Shown here piece after piece: positions 51,834 through 61,770 of a stretch of 64,000 nt of DNA. Origin of the DNA: Gammaproteobacteria bacterium (GTDB lineage Bacteria > Pseudomonadota > Gammaproteobacteria > Thiohalobacterales > Thiohalobacteraceae). The notes below the pieces were generated by a model that was not told where the DNA came from, ran no database searches, and saw only the letters and a program-made list of their open reading frames with translations. The stretch lies in contig JBHEOS010000002.1 of NCBI GenBank assembly GCA_046260695.1, forward strand, positions 13,822-77,821, read 5' to 3'. Position 1 is the stretch's first letter; each line of letters starts with the position of its first letter. Both the position numbers and the translations under genes were made by a program.

Positions 51834-53957
51834 ATGTCCATACCGCACACGGATGTGCCGGTGCCCGCAGCCCTCGATCTGCAATCCCAACCGGTGAGTG
51901 TGCTGCGCGGGGTCGGTCCGCGGGCCGCGCAGCGGCTGGCCAATCTCGGCATCGAGACCGTCCAGGATCTGCTGTTTCACCTGCCGGTGCATTACCAGGA
52001 CCGCACCCGGGTGCTGCCCATCGGCAGCCTGCGGTCGGGCGACGCGGCGGTGATCGAGGGCGCGGTCGAGCTGGCCGAGGTCAAGACCGGGCGCCGACGC
52101 ATGCTGCTGGTGCGGCTGGCCGACGGCACCGGCGCGCTGACCCTGCGCTTCTTCCATTTCAACGCCGCGCAGCAGGCAAGCTTCGCGCGCGGCACGCGCC
52201 TGCGCTGCTTTGGCGAGGTGCGCCCGGGGGCGGCCACGCTGGAGATGATCCATCCGGAATACCGGCGGGTCGACGCCGCGGGGGTGACCGCCGTCGAGGA
52301 ACACCTGACACCGATCTATCCCAGCACCGAGGGCCTGCATCAGCTCAGCCTGCGCGCGCTGACCGAGCAGGCGCTGGAGCGGCTGGCGCAGGCCGGCGAC
52401 GCGGGGCTGCGCGACTGGTTGCCGCCGGCGCTGCTGCGGCAGTTCCGGCTGCCGGCGCTGGCCGCGGCGATCCGTTATGTGCACCGCCCGCCGCCGGAGG
52501 CCAGCGTCGAGGGTCTGGAGGCCGGCCGCCACCCCGCGCAGCAGCGGCTGGTGTTCGAAGAGCTGCTGGCCCACCACCTGAGCCTGCGCCAGTTGCGGCA
52601 TGCGGCCCGGGCGCAGCGGGCGCCGGCGCTGGTCGGCGACGGCGCGCTGCGCGGGGCCTTTCTGGCCGGGTTGCCGTTTGTGCTGACCGCCGCGCAGCAG
52701 CGCGTGAGCGCAGAGATCGCCACCGACCTCGCCTGTGATCACCCGATGCTGCGGCTGGTGCAGGGCGATGTCGGCTCCGGCAAGACCATGGTCGCGGCGC
52801 TGGCCGCGTTGCAGGCGGTCGAGGCCGGCACCCAGGTCGCGGTGATGGCGCCGACCGAGCTGCTGGCCGAGCAGCATTACGGGAATTTCCACGCCTGGCT
52901 GGCGCCGCTCGGCATCGAGGTCGCCTGGCTGTCGGGCAAGATCAAGGGCCGGACGCGCGAGGCCGCGCTGGCCGCGCTGGCCGATGGCCGGGCGCCGGTG
53001 GCCATCGGCACCCACGCGCTGTTCCAGGACGAGGTGCGCTTCGCCCGCTTAGGCCTGGTGATCGTCGACGAACAGCACCGCTTCGGCGTGCATCAGCGGC
53101 TGGCCCTGCGCGACAAGGGCCGTCAGGGCGCGTTGCGCCCGCACCAGTTGACCATGACCGCGACGCCGATCCCGCGCACCCTGGCGATGACCCTGTATGC
53201 CGATCTGGACGCCTCGGTGATCGACGCCCTGCCGCCGGGGCGCAGCCCGGTGCAGACCGTGGTGATCCCCGACAGCCGCCGCCCGGAGATCGTCGAACGG
53301 GTGCGCGAGGTCTGCGCGCAGGGCCGTCAGGCCTATTGGGTGTGCACGCTGATCGAGGAGTCCGAGGCGCTGCAATGCCAGGCCGCCGCCGACAGTGCCG
53401 CGCAACTGGCCGAGGCCCTGCCGGGGTTGCGCGTGGGGCTGGTGCACGGGCGCCTGAAGGCGCGCGAGAAGGCGGCGGTGATGGCCGCGTTCAAGGCCGC
53501 CGAGCTCGACCTGCTGGTGGCGACCACGGTGATCGAGGTCGGCGTGGATGTGCCCAACGCCTCGCTGATGATCATCGAGAACGCCGAGCGCCTGGGCCTG
53601 GCGCAGCTGCACCAGTTGCGCGGCCGGGTCGGCCGCGGCAGCCGCCAGAGCAGCTGCGTGTTGCTGTACCACGGCCCGCTGTCGGAGGCGGCGCGCGCAC
53701 GGCTGGGGGTGCTGCGCGATACCACCGACGGCTTCGAGATCGCGCGTCGCGATCTGGAGCTGCGCGGCCCCGGCGAGGTGCTGGGCACGCGTCAGACTGG
53801 CTTGCTCAGCCTGCGTATCGCCGATCTGCTGCGCGATCAGGACCTGTTGCCGGCCGTCGAGCAGGCCGCCGAGTGCCTGTTGGCCGGGTATCCGGGGCAT
53901 GTCGCGCCGTTGATCCGCCGCTGGCTGGGCGACGCCGGCCGCTACGGCGAGGTGTGA
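51834..53957 (+). CDS. recG: ATP-dependent DNA helicase RecG
   Basis: Wedge domain, Walker A GDVGSGKT, VIVDEQHRFGV and QLHQLRGRVGRG. ATG 51834 lies in frame within ORF 51609..53957. Confidence 0.95.
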   Translation: MSIPHTDVPVPAALDLQSQPVSVLRGVGPRAAQRLANLGIETVQDLLFHLPVHYQDRTRVLPIGSLRSGDAAVIEGAVELAEVKTGRRRMLLVRLADGTGALTLRFFHFNAAQQASFARGTRLRCFGEVRPGAATLEMIHPEYRRVDAAGVTAVEEHLTPIYPSTEGLHQLSLRALTEQALERLAQAGDAGLRDWLPPALLRQFRLPALAAAIRYVHRPPPEASVEGLEAGRHPAQQRLVFEELLAHHLSLRQLRHAARAQRAPALVGDGALRGAFLAGLPFVLTAAQQRVSAEIATDLACDHPMLRLVQGDVGSGKTMVAALAALQAVEAGTQVAVMAPTELLAEQHYGNFHAWLAPLGIEVAWLSGKIKGRTREAALAALADGRAPVAIGTHALFQDEVRFARLGLVIVDEQHRFGVHQRLALRDKGRQGALRPHQLTMTATPIPRTLAMTLYADLDASVIDALPPGRSPVQTVVIPDSRRPEIVERVREVCAQGRQAYWVCTLIEESEALQCQAAADSAAQLAEALPGLRVGLVHGRLKAREKAAVMAAFKAAELDLLVATTVIEVGVDVPNASLMIIENAERLGLAQLHQLRGRVGRGSRQSSCVLLYHGPLSEAARARLGVLRDTTDGFEIARRDLELRGPGEVLGTRQTGLLSLRIADLLRDQDLLPAVEQAAECLLAGYPGHVAPLIRRWLGDAGRYGEV

Positions 53958-54052
53958 GACAATGCCGCCCCCGTTCAACCACCGACGGCTGGAATGCCAC
54001 GGCGACGGGCCGAGGGGCGACTAACAATCATGTGCGTTCGGATACCACGGCG

Positions 54053-54619
54053 ATGAATCCGCGGCGCCCCGCGCGCGCGTCGGCCGCCCTGCGCTGGCGC
54101 CAGCCCAAGCAGTTGCCGCGCGCGTGTCCCGAGCCGGCCCCGCGTGATTGGCTGCTAGACACCGGCTCGTTGACCCGACGCCTGCAGGCGCGCTGCACCG
54201 GGCGGTTCCAGGTGCGGGTGGTGGCCCAGGGTTGGGGCCGCCCGCGCCTGGACGAGTGCCGGGCCCTGGGCCTGCGCCGGCCACTGTACGCCCTGATCCG
54301 CGAGGTGCAGCTGTTGTGCGCCGGGCGCCCCTGGGTGTTCGCGCGCACTATCATTCCGATCGGCACCCTGCGCGGCCGGGAGCGGCGGCTGGCGCAGCTC
54401 GGCGCGCGCCCGCTCGGCGCGTTGCTGTTCGCCGATCCGCACATGCGCCGCGGCCCGCTGGAGGTGGCCTGCGTGTGCGCCGGGCAACCGCTGTATCACA
54501 CGGCGGTGCAGGGCCTCGCGGCGCCGCCCGCGCGGATCTGGGGTCGACGCTCGGTGTTCCGCCTCGGCGGCAAGCCGCTGCTGGTCAGCGAATTCTTTCT
54601 GAGGACGCCGCCGCCATGA
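54053..54619 (+). CDS. ubiC: Chorismate pyruvate-lyase
   Basis: [16 protein letters not shown]...[10 protein letters not shown] and LL.SE.FL motifs. It is directly upstream of ubiA and overlaps it (ATGA). Confidence 0.85.
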   Translation: MNPRRPARASAALRWRQPKQLPRACPEPAPRDWLLDTGSLTRRLQARCTGRFQVRVVAQGWGRPRLDECRALGLRRPLYALIREVQLLCAGRPWVFARTIIPIGTLRGRERRLAQLGARPLGALLFADPHMRRGPLEVACVCAGQPLYHTAVQGLAAPPARIWGRRSVFRLGGKPLLVSEFFLRTPPP

Positions 54620-55482
54620 ACGACCGGCTCCGCGAGTATCTCCGGCTGATGCGGCTGGACAAACCGATCGGCATCCTGTTGCTGCTGTGGCCGACCCTGT
54701 GGGCGCTGTGGATCGCGGCCGGCGGCCTGCCGGAGCTGCCGATCCTGGGCGTGTTCGTGCTGGGTGTGGTGCTGATGCGCTCCGCCGGCTGTGTGATCAA
54801 CGACTACGCCGACCGGCGCTTCGATGCGCATGTCGCGCGGACCCGGGAGCGGCCCCTGGCCGCCGGGCGGGTCAGCCCACGCGCGGCGCTGGGCCTGTTC
54901 GCGGCACTCTGCCTGGGCGCCTTCGCGCTGGTGCTGACCCTGAACCGGCTGACGGTCGCGCTGGCCTTCGGCGCGCTGCTGCTGGCCGTGGTGTATCCGT
55001 TCGCCAAGCGCTACACCCACCTGCCGCAGCTGGTGCTGGGCGCGGCCTTCGGCTGGGCGATCCCGATGGCCTTCGCCGCAGTCCAGGGCGAGGTGCCCAG
55101 GCTCGCCTGGCTGCTGTTCACGGTGAATATCCTCTGGTCGACGGCCTACGACACCTTCTATGCGATGGTCGACCGCGAGGACGACCTCAAGATCGGGGTC
55201 AAATCCACGGCCATCCTGTTTGGCGACGCCGACCGGCTGGTGATCGGCGCCTTGCAGCTCCTGACCCTGGGCGGGTTGCTACTGGTCGGGGGCCTGGCCG
55301 GGCTCGGGCTGTATTATTACCTGGGCCTGCTGGTGGCGGCGGGCCTGGCCCTGTACCAGCAGTATCTGGCGCGGGGCCGCGACCCGGCCGGCTGCTTCGC
55401 GGCCTTCCTGAACAACAATGCCTTCGGCGCCGCGGTGTTCGCCGGGATCTTCCTGCATTACCTGGCCGTCGGCGCGGCTTGA
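54616..55482 (+). CDS. ubiA: 4-hydroxybenzoate polyprenyltransferase
   Basis: [24 protein letters not shown] and the NDYADRRFD motif, with multiple TM helices. Confidence 0.95.
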   Translation: MNDRLREYLRLMRLDKPIGILLLLWPTLWALWIAAGGLPELPILGVFVLGVVLMRSAGCVINDYADRRFDAHVARTRERPLAAGRVSPRAALGLFAALCLGAFALVLTLNRLTVALAFGALLLAVVYPFAKRYTHLPQLVLGAAFGWAIPMAFAAVQGEVPRLAWLLFTVNILWSTAYDTFYAMVDREDDLKIGVKSTAILFGDADRLVIGALQLLTLGGLLLVGGLAGLGLYYYLGLLVAAGLALYQQYLARGRDPAGCFAAFLNNNAFGAAVFAGIFLHYLAVGAA

Positions 55483-56210
55483 TCCGCGCCGACCAGCCCC
55501 GCGTTGCAGGTGGCCCGCGCCACCACCCACACCTCGATATGCTCCGCCCCGGCCTGGCGCAACTGCCGGGCCAGGGCATCGAGGGTGCTGCCGGTGGTCA
55601 TCACATCGTCGAGTATGGCGATATGCCGACCGGGAAGCGGGCCGGTGAGCCGGAAGGCGCCGCGCAGATTGCGCCGCCGCTGCGCGGCGTGCAGCCGGGT
55701 CTGCGACGGGGTCGCGCGCTCGCGCACACAGGCCGTGGCCTCCAGCCGGCAGCCGAGCCGCCGGGCCAGCGGCCGGGCGATCTCCAGGGCCTGGTTGAAA
55801 CCGCGCACGCGTTGCCGCTGCGGGTGCAGCGGCACCGGCAGGATGGCGTCGGGACGGGGTGCGTCGGCCGGGCGTTCGGCCAAGTGTTCGCCCAGCAGGG
55901 CGGCGAACAGCCGCGCCAGGTGCAGGCCCTGGCCGAACTTGAGCTGCTGGACCAGGGTGTCGAGCGGGGCCGCGTAGCGAAACAGTGCGGTGCTGCTGTC
56001 GAAGGCCGGCGGGCGGGCCTGGCAGGCCCCGCAGGGCTGGCCGGGCACGGGCGTCGGCAGGGCGCAGCGGGGACAGCCCGGCGCCAGCCAGGGCAGGTCG
56101 GCACGGCAGTCGTGGCACAGGTGCAGGCCGCTGGGGTCGGCGGCCTGACAGAGGATGCAGTGGCCGGGCAGCCAGCGCTGCCGGAGACCGTCTAGCCAGT
56201 TGTAAACCAT
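55458..56210 (-). CDS. comF: ComF family protein (phosphoribosyltransferase domain, N-terminal Cys-rich zinc finger)
   Basis: From ATG 56210: CILC...CHDC...CPRC...CGAC cysteine pairs and the PRTase motif [13 protein letters not shown]. Its 3' end overlaps ubiA by 25 nt (convergent). Confidence 0.85.
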   Translation of the reverse strand: MVYNWLDGLRQRWLPGHCILCQAADPSGLHLCHDCRADLPWLAPGCPRCALPTPVPGQPCGACQARPPAFDSSTALFRYAAPLDTLVQQLKFGQGLHLARLFAALLGEHLAERPADAPRPDAILPVPLHPQRQRVRGFNQALEIARPLARRLGCRLEATACVRERATPSQTRLHAAQRRRNLRGAFRLTGPLPGRHIAILDDVMTTGSTLDALARQLRQAGAEHIEVWVVARATCNAGLVGADQAAPTAR

Positions 56211-56238
56211 TTGAATTCCCTTTCGGTTGACAGATAAT
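56200..56238 (+). promoter_or_regulatory. Candidate BirA operator (bioO-like) with embedded sigma70-like promoter for bioBFHCD
   Basis: The site is TTGTAAACC (56200-08), 16 nt, GGTTGACAG (56225-33). The E. coli bioO, from memory, is TTGTAAACC-N16-GGTTTACAA. Inside it, TTGAAT (56211-16), 16 nt, GATAAT (56233-38) reads toward bioB. Confidence 0.5.
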
Positions 56239-56277
56239 GCCCCGGTCGTCCCGTCCCTGGGCCCCGGCCTGCGGAGT

Positions 56278-56424
56278 CTAGCAGGCTGTTGAAAACGCGC
56301 TGAGCGGCGCATCGCGGCGTTGGAAACGAACTCAGAATGCTCATTTACTCCGTGTAAATTCCGCTTCTTCGTTCGTTTCCGCCTTGCGATGCATCCCCTG
56401 ATCGCATTTTCAACAGCCTGCTAG
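56278..56424. repeat. 147-bp palindromic MITE/REP-like element in the comF-bioB spacer
   Basis: 18-nt perfect terminal inverted repeats CTAGCAGGCTGTTGAAAA / TTTTCAACAGCCTGCTAG. Additional mirrored blocks and a central ATTTAC-TCCGT-GTAAAT hairpin are centred at ~56351. G+C is lower than in the flanks and there is no credible ORF. Confidence 0.6.
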
Positions 56425-56455
56425 CAGGGCCCTGCCATCACCGAGGAGCACCCCC

Positions 56456-57436
56456 ATGAACGCACCTGCCGCCCTGAGCGCCGCCGAGGCCGCGGATGAA
56501 CTGCGCCACGACTGGACCCGTGCGGAGATCCTCGCGCTGTTCGAACGGCCGTTCGCCGATCTGATGTTTGCGGCGCAGCAGCAGCATCGCGCGCACTTCG
56601 ATCCCAATGCGGTGCAGATCAGCACCCTGCTGTCGATCAAGACCGGGGCCTGCCCGGAGGACTGCGCCTATTGCTCGCAGAGCGCGCATTACAAGACCGA
56701 GCTGGACGTCGAGCGCCTGCTGCCGCTGGACGCCGTGCTCGACGCGGCGCGCGCGGCCAAGCAACGCGGCGCCAGCCGCTTCTGCATGGGTGCCGCCTGG
56801 CGCAGCCCACGCGACAAGGACCTCGCCCAGGTCGAGGCCATGATCGCGGGCGTCAAGGACCTCGGCCTGGAGACCTGCGTGACGCTGGGCATGCTGAGCG
56901 CAGCGCAGACCCAGCGCCTGAAGGCCGCCGGCCTGGACTACTACAACCACAACCTGGACACCTCGCCGGAGTTCTATGGCGAGGTGATCACCACGCGGAC
57001 CTATCAGGACCGCCTCGACACGCTCGCGCATGTGCGCGAGGCCGGCATCAATGTCTGCGCCGGCGGCATCGTCGGTCTGGGCGAGGGCCGCGGGGACCGC
57101 GCCGGCCTGCTGCAACAGCTCGCCAACCTGCCGCGCCACCCCGAGAGCGTGCCGATCAACCTGCTGGTGCGCGTCGAGGGCACGCCACTGGCCGACGTCG
57201 AACCACCCGATCCCTTCGAGTTCGTGCGCACGATCGCCGTGGCGCGCCTGTTGATGCCGCGCGCCTATGTGCGCCTGTCGGCGGGGCGCAGCGAGATGAG
57301 CGACGAGTTGCAGGCCCTGTGCTTTCTGGCCGGGGCGAATTCGATCTTCTACGGCGAGCGCCTGCTGACCACCGGAAACCCGGAATGCGATCACGACCAT
57401 CGCTTGTTCGAGCGACTGGGCCTGCGGCCGGTGTGA
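56456..57436 (+). CDS. bioB: Biotin synthase
   Basis: Radical-SAM [11 protein letters not shown], plus YNHNLDTS and other BioB motifs. GAGGAG lies upstream of the ATG. Confidence 0.96.
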   Translation: MNAPAALSAAEAADELRHDWTRAEILALFERPFADLMFAAQQQHRAHFDPNAVQISTLLSIKTGACPEDCAYCSQSAHYKTELDVERLLPLDAVLDAARAAKQRGASRFCMGAAWRSPRDKDLAQVEAMIAGVKDLGLETCVTLGMLSAAQTQRLKAAGLDYYNHNLDTSPEFYGEVITTRTYQDRLDTLAHVREAGINVCAGGIVGLGEGRGDRAGLLQQLANLPRHPESVPINLLVRVEGTPLADVEPPDPFEFVRTIAVARLLMPRAYVRLSAGRSEMSDELQALCFLAGANSIFYGERLLTTGNPECDHDHRLFERLGLRPV

Positions 57437-57509
57437 GGGCCCGCGGTTTGAGTGGCCACGCCTGGTCCACGCTTGGGCCGCGCCGGGCGGTGTCAGGACC
57501 GTACCGTTT

Positions 57510-58688
57510 ATGAAAGACCTCCGTCACGATCTTGAGCAACGCAAGGCGCAGCAGTTGTATCGCGCCCGGCGTGTCAGCGCCAGCCCGCAGGGGCCGCTGA
57601 TGCGCATCGACGGTGCGGAGGTGCTGAGCTTCTGCAGCAACGATTATCTCGGGCTCGCCAATCATCCCGAGGTCATCCGTGCCTTGCAGGCCGGCGCGCA
57701 GGCCTGGGGTGTCGGCAGCGGCGCCGCGCATCTGGTGAACGGTCACAGCGCGGCCCATCATGCGCTCGAAGAGGAGCTCGCCGAGTTCACCGGCTATCCG
57801 CGCGCACTGCTGTTTTCCACTGGCTATATGGCCAACCTTGGGGTGGCCGGCGCGCTGCTCGGCCGCGGCGACCGGATTTTCGAGGACCGTTTCAATCACG
57901 CCTCGCTGCTGGATGCGGCGCGCTACAGCGGCGCGCGGCTGCTGCGTTATGCGCACGGGGATTGCACGGCCTTGCAGCGCCGCCTCGCGGGTGACGGGCC
58001 GGGTGAACGCCTGATCGCGACCGACGGGGTGTTCAGCATGGACGGGGACATCGCCCCGCTGTCGGACCTCGCGGCCCTGGCGCGGCAGGCCCAGGCCTGG
58101 CTGCTGGTGGACGATGCGCACGGCCTCGGGGTGCTGGGCGCGCACGGCCGCGGCAGTCTGGAGCAGTGTGGCGTGACGCCGGTCGATGGGACGATCCTGA
58201 TGGGCACGCTCGGCAAGGCCTTCGGCACCTTCGGTGCCTTCGTCGCCGGACCGGAGGCGCTGATCGAAACGCTCATTCAGCAGGCGCGCACCTATATCTA
58301 CACCACGGCGACCCCCCCGGCCCTGGCCGAGGCGACCCGCGCGAGTCTGCGCCGGGTCCGCGCGGACGACTGGCGACGCGAGCGCTTGCGGACGCTGGTC
58401 GCGCGCTTCCGGGCCGGCGCCGCGCAACTCGGGCTGCCCGTGATGGCCGCCGAGACGCCGATCCAGCCGCTGCTGATCGGTGAGGCCGCGGCCGCGCTGC
58501 AGCTCAGCGAGCGGTTGCGCGCGCAGGGGCTTCTGGTGCCGGCGATGCGTCCGCCGACGGTGCCCGAGGGCCGCGCGCGGCTGCGCATCACCTTCAGCGC
58601 CGCACACACGGAGGCGCAGGTGGATCGGCTGTTGGCGGCGCTGGAATCTGACCGCGGCCGGTTCCGTCGCGCGGCGCTGGGCGCCTGA
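57510..58688 (+). CDS. bioF: 8-amino-7-oxononanoate synthase
   Basis: Alpha-oxoamine synthase family. SNDYLGL motif and PLP lysine context GTLGKAFG. Confidence 0.95.
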   Translation: MKDLRHDLEQRKAQQLYRARRVSASPQGPLMRIDGAEVLSFCSNDYLGLANHPEVIRALQAGAQAWGVGSGAAHLVNGHSAAHHALEEELAEFTGYPRALLFSTGYMANLGVAGALLGRGDRIFEDRFNHASLLDAARYSGARLLRYAHGDCTALQRRLAGDGPGERLIATDGVFSMDGDIAPLSDLAALARQAQAWLLVDDAHGLGVLGAHGRGSLEQCGVTPVDGTILMGTLGKAFGTFGAFVAGPEALIETLIQQARTYIYTTATPPALAEATRASLRRVRADDWRRERLRTLVARFRAGAAQLGLPVMAAETPIQPLLIGEAAAALQLSERLRAQGLLVPAMRPPTVPEGRARLRITFSAAHTEAQVDRLLAALESDRGRFRRAALGA

Positions 58689-58692
58689 GGCG

Positions 58693-59502
58693 ATGACTCC
58701 GCACCTGACCTGTCCCGCGCCGACCGCGGCCGCCGATCCCGACATGCCGGTGCTGCACTGCCGCCGCATCGGCACGGGGCCGGACCTGGTGCTGGTGCAC
58801 GGCTGGGGCCTGCACGCGGGGATCTGGGCCCCGCTGGTGGAGCGCCTGGCCGCGCAGTTCCGGCTGCACCTCTATGACCTGCCCGGCCATGGGCTCAGCG
58901 TGCCGGCGTCCTTCAGTCTGGCATCGGTGTCCGCGGCGCTGGCCCGCAGCGCACCGGCGCAGGCGCATTGGCTGGGCTGGTCGCTGGGCGGCCTGGTGGC
59001 GATGGACTTCGCGCAGCGCCACCCCGAACGGGTGACGCGGCTCGCCCTGGTGGCGAGCACGCCGCGCTTCGTTGAGGGCGCCGACTGGCCGCAGGCCCTG
59101 GCGCCGGCGGTGCTGGCAGACTTTGCCGCGGCGCTGGGTGCGGATCATGCCGCGACCCTGAATCGCTTCCTGGGCCTGGCCGCGCGCGGCGCGCCCGACA
59201 ACAGCGTGCTGCGCACGCTGCGGCGCGCCCTGCTGGCCGTACCGCCGCCGAGTCCAGCGGCGCTGGCCTCGGGTCTGGCGATCCTGCGCGCGACGGATCT
59301 GCGTGCGCCGGTATCAGCCTTGCCGATGCCGGTGCTGTGGCTGGCCGGCGCGCGCGATACCCTGGTGCCGGTCGCGGCGCTGCGGGCGCAGGTCGCGGCG
59401 CATCCGCGCCAGCGGCTGTGCGAGTTCGCGCAGGCCGGGCATGCGCCCTTCCTCTCGCACCCGGACGCCTTCACGGCGGCGCTGACGGCGTTTCTGGCAT
59501 GA
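58693..59502 (+). CDS. bioH: Pimeloyl-ACP methyl ester esterase BioH
   Basis: Alpha/beta hydrolase with LVLVHGWGLHAGIW and nucleophile elbow GWSLGG. Position between bioF and bioC matches the Pseudomonas-type bioBFHCD order. The alternative start ATG 58744 fits the E. coli BioH length better. Confidence 0.87.
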   Translation: MTPHLTCPAPTAAADPDMPVLHCRRIGTGPDLVLVHGWGLHAGIWAPLVERLAAQFRLHLYDLPGHGLSVPASFSLASVSAALARSAPAQAHWLGWSLGGLVAMDFAQRHPERVTRLALVASTPRFVEGADWPQALAPAVLADFAAALGADHAATLNRFLGLAARGAPDNSVLRTLRRALLAVPPPSPAALASGLAILRATDLRAPVSALPMPVLWLAGARDTLVPVAALRAQVAAHPRQRLCEFAQAGHAPFLSHPDAFTAALTAFLA

Positions 59503-60392
59503 GCGAGTGGGACGCGCTGCGGATCGACAAGCGCGGCGTGCGCGCCAGTTTCGAGCGTGCGGCCGCCGATTATGATCGCGTCGCGGTGTTGCAGCGCGAG
59601 GTCGGCGCCCGGCTGCTGGAGCGTCTGGCGATCCTCCGCCTGGCGCCGCAGCAGATCCTGGATCTGGGGACCGGCACCGGCCATATCGCGCATGCCGCGC
59701 TGAAGCGTTACCCGGGCGCGCGCGTGCTGGCGCTGGATATCGCGGAGGGGATGCTGGCGCAGGCGCGTCGGCGTTCCGGCTGGTGGCGGCGCCCGCGTTT
59801 CGTGTGCGGTGACATCGAACGCCTGCCGTTCGCCACGCACAGCGTCGATATGGTTCTGTCCAATCTGACCCTGCAATGGTGCAATGACCTGGCGGCGACC
59901 TGCGCCGAATTCCGGCGCGTGCTGCGGCCCGGCGGCACGCTGCTGTTCACCTCGTTCGGGCCGGATACCCTGGGCGAGCTGCGCGCCAGCTGGGCGGCGG
60001 TCGACCATTACACGCATGTCAACGGCTTCCTCGATATGCATGATGTCGGCGATGCCCTGGTGCGGGCCGGCCTGATCGAGCCGGTGCTGGATGTGGAACG
60101 TTTCACGCTCACCTATCCCGACGTGCAAGGCCTGGTGCGCGACCTCAAGACCCTCGGCGCGCACAACCTCACGGCCGGCCGCGCGCGCGGCCTGACCGGG
60201 CGCGGCCGCTGGCAGGGCCTGCGCGACACCTATGAGACCTTTCGGGTAGACGGGCAGTTGCCGGCGACCTACGAGGTCGTCTATGGACACGCCTGGGCAC
60301 CCGGGCCGGGTACGGACAGGCCCCCGCGGGCGGCGTCGGCTACGGTCAGCGTCCCCCTGGCGGCCTTGGTGCGGCCGCGCCGGGATGCCTGA
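59499..60392 (+). CDS. bioC: Malonyl-ACP O-methyltransferase BioC
   Basis: Class I SAM-MTase motif ILDLGTGTG and the BioC-like N-terminus (..IDKR.VR.SFERAA..YD..A.LQREV). Its ATG overlaps the bioH stop (ATGA). Confidence 0.9.
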   Translation: MSEWDALRIDKRGVRASFERAAADYDRVAVLQREVGARLLERLAILRLAPQQILDLGTGTGHIAHAALKRYPGARVLALDIAEGMLAQARRRSGWWRRPRFVCGDIERLPFATHSVDMVLSNLTLQWCNDLAATCAEFRRVLRPGGTLLFTSFGPDTLGELRASWAAVDHYTHVNGFLDMHDVGDALVRAGLIEPVLDVERFTLTYPDVQGLVRDLKTLGAHNLTAGRARGLTGRGRWQGLRDTYETFRVDGQLPATYEVVYGHAWAPGPGTDRPPRAASATVSVPLAALVRPRRDA

Positions 60393-60402
60393 GGCGTCGG
60401 GG

Positions 60403-61074
60403 ATGGCCACGCGGCGAGCGGGTTACTTTGTCACCGGGACCGACACCGGCGTCGGCAAGACCCTGGTGAGTCAGATATTGCTGCACCAGCTGCGGCGGGA
60501 ATATGCCCGGGTGGCCGGGTTCAAACCGGTGGCCAGCGGCTGCGAGATGACCCCCGAGGGTCTGCGCAACAGCGATGCCCTGGCCTTGCAACGGGCCAGC
60601 TCGATCGCGCTGGCCTATGCCACGGTGAATCCCTATGCCTTCGCCCCGGCGGTCGCGCCGCACCTGGCGGCCGCGGCCGTGGGGGTGCGCATCGACTGTG
60701 CGCAGATCGCGGCCGGCATCGAGGCGGTCGCCGCCGATGCGCGCGTGGTCGAGGGCGTCGGCGGCTGGCTGGTGCCCTTGAATCGGCACGAGACCGTCGC
60801 CGACCTCGCCGTGCGCCTCGGGTTGCCGGTGGTGCTGGTGGTCGGGCTGCGCCTGGGCTGTCTCAACCACGCCCTGCTGACCGTGGAGTCGATGCGCCGG
60901 CGCGCCGTGCCGATCGCCGGCTGGGTCGCGAACCAGATCGAGCCGGCGCTGCCCTGGCTGAATGGGAACCTGGACGCCCTGGAGACCCGGTTGGGGCTGC
61001 CCCTATTGCTGTCGTTGCCCTGGCACGCGCACCCGCCCGACCCCGCAGCATGGGCGTTCCGCCGGCCCGGCTAA
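60403..61074 (+). CDS. bioD: Dethiobiotin synthase
   Basis: P-loop YFVTGTDTGVGKT, EG.GG motif (VEGVGGWLVP). Start at ATG 60403, in frame within ORF 60283..61074. Confidence 0.93.
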   Translation: MATRRAGYFVTGTDTGVGKTLVSQILLHQLRREYARVAGFKPVASGCEMTPEGLRNSDALALQRASSIALAYATVNPYAFAPAVAPHLAAAAVGVRIDCAQIAAGIEAVAADARVVEGVGGWLVPLNRHETVADLAVRLGLPVVLVVGLRLGCLNHALLTVESMRRRAVPIAGWVANQIEPALPWLNGNLDALETRLGLPLLLSLPWHAHPPDPAAWAFRRPG

Positions 61075-61206
61075 GAACCGGGTCCGGGCGCCGCCACCCC
61101 GCTGGGCGCACCGGCGGGCTATACGATTTGCAATAGGACTTTATATAGCGAGGGCTTATGGCGCCGCATTGACATTTGCTTGCACGCCATAGAGGCATCA
61201 GTTAGC

Positions 61207-61770
61207 ATGCCCGTCCATTCAAAACCGCCAAAACGATATATATCAACGGCTGCAATCCAAGAGGGCACAGTGGTAGCAGCAGAACATGACGCCGGAACGG
61301 CGGATTGTTGCGTAGTAATACGGCCGAATTGCTCGCTGTCGTGGCGCGGGACACTGGTCGTATTCGGTAGCATTTCCCTGGTTTCCTTGGTGATCGCCTT
61401 GGGGTTTTACCTGCAGGGTTTCTGGATGATTTTGCCCTTTGCCGGCCTGGAGTTCGCGGCTCTGGCGGCCGGTCTGTATGTCGGCGCACTGCGGGGCTGC
61501 GCGCGCGAGGTGATCTCCCTGCGCGGCGAGGTGATCGCGGTGCAGAAGGGGCGCCGCCAGCCGGAGCAGACGCTGGCGTTTCAGCGCGGCTGGGCCCGCA
61601 TTGAACTTGCGCGTCCGTTGCGCCGGGGTTATCCCTCACGCTTGCTGATCCGCTGCCATGGGCACGCGGTGGAGGTCGGTGGCTGCCTCAACGAGGCCGA
61701 ACGTAACCGGCTCGCCGACCATCTGCAGCGCTGGATCCCTCTGGCGCCCACGCCGCTGGTGACCGCCTAG
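61207..61770 (+). CDS. DUF2244 domain-containing membrane protein (cytochrome oxidase cluster-associated)
   Basis: N.SLSWRG..VVFG.IS.VSL.IA..F...G.WMILPFAGLE..AL pattern with two TM helices, immediately upstream of coxB. The start is ATG 61207 or TTG 61180. Confidence 0.75.
   Translation: MPVHSKPPKRYISTAAIQEGTVVAAEHDAGTADCCVVIRPNCSLSWRGTLVVFGSISLVSLVIALGFYLQGFWMILPFAGLEFAALAAGLYVGALRGCAREVISLRGEVIAVQKGRRQPEQTLAFQRGWARIELARPLRRGYPSRLLIRCHGHAVEVGGCLNEAERNRLADHLQRWIPLAPTPLVTA

Noticed and set aside
61075-61206. A promoter call in the bioD-DUF2244 spacer (TTGACA at about 61160-61165, and a TTGCAA...TATATA segment).
   Set aside because: No -10 hexamer lies at an acceptable 16-18 nt spacing from either -35-like hexamer, so this is not supportable as a feature without TSS data.
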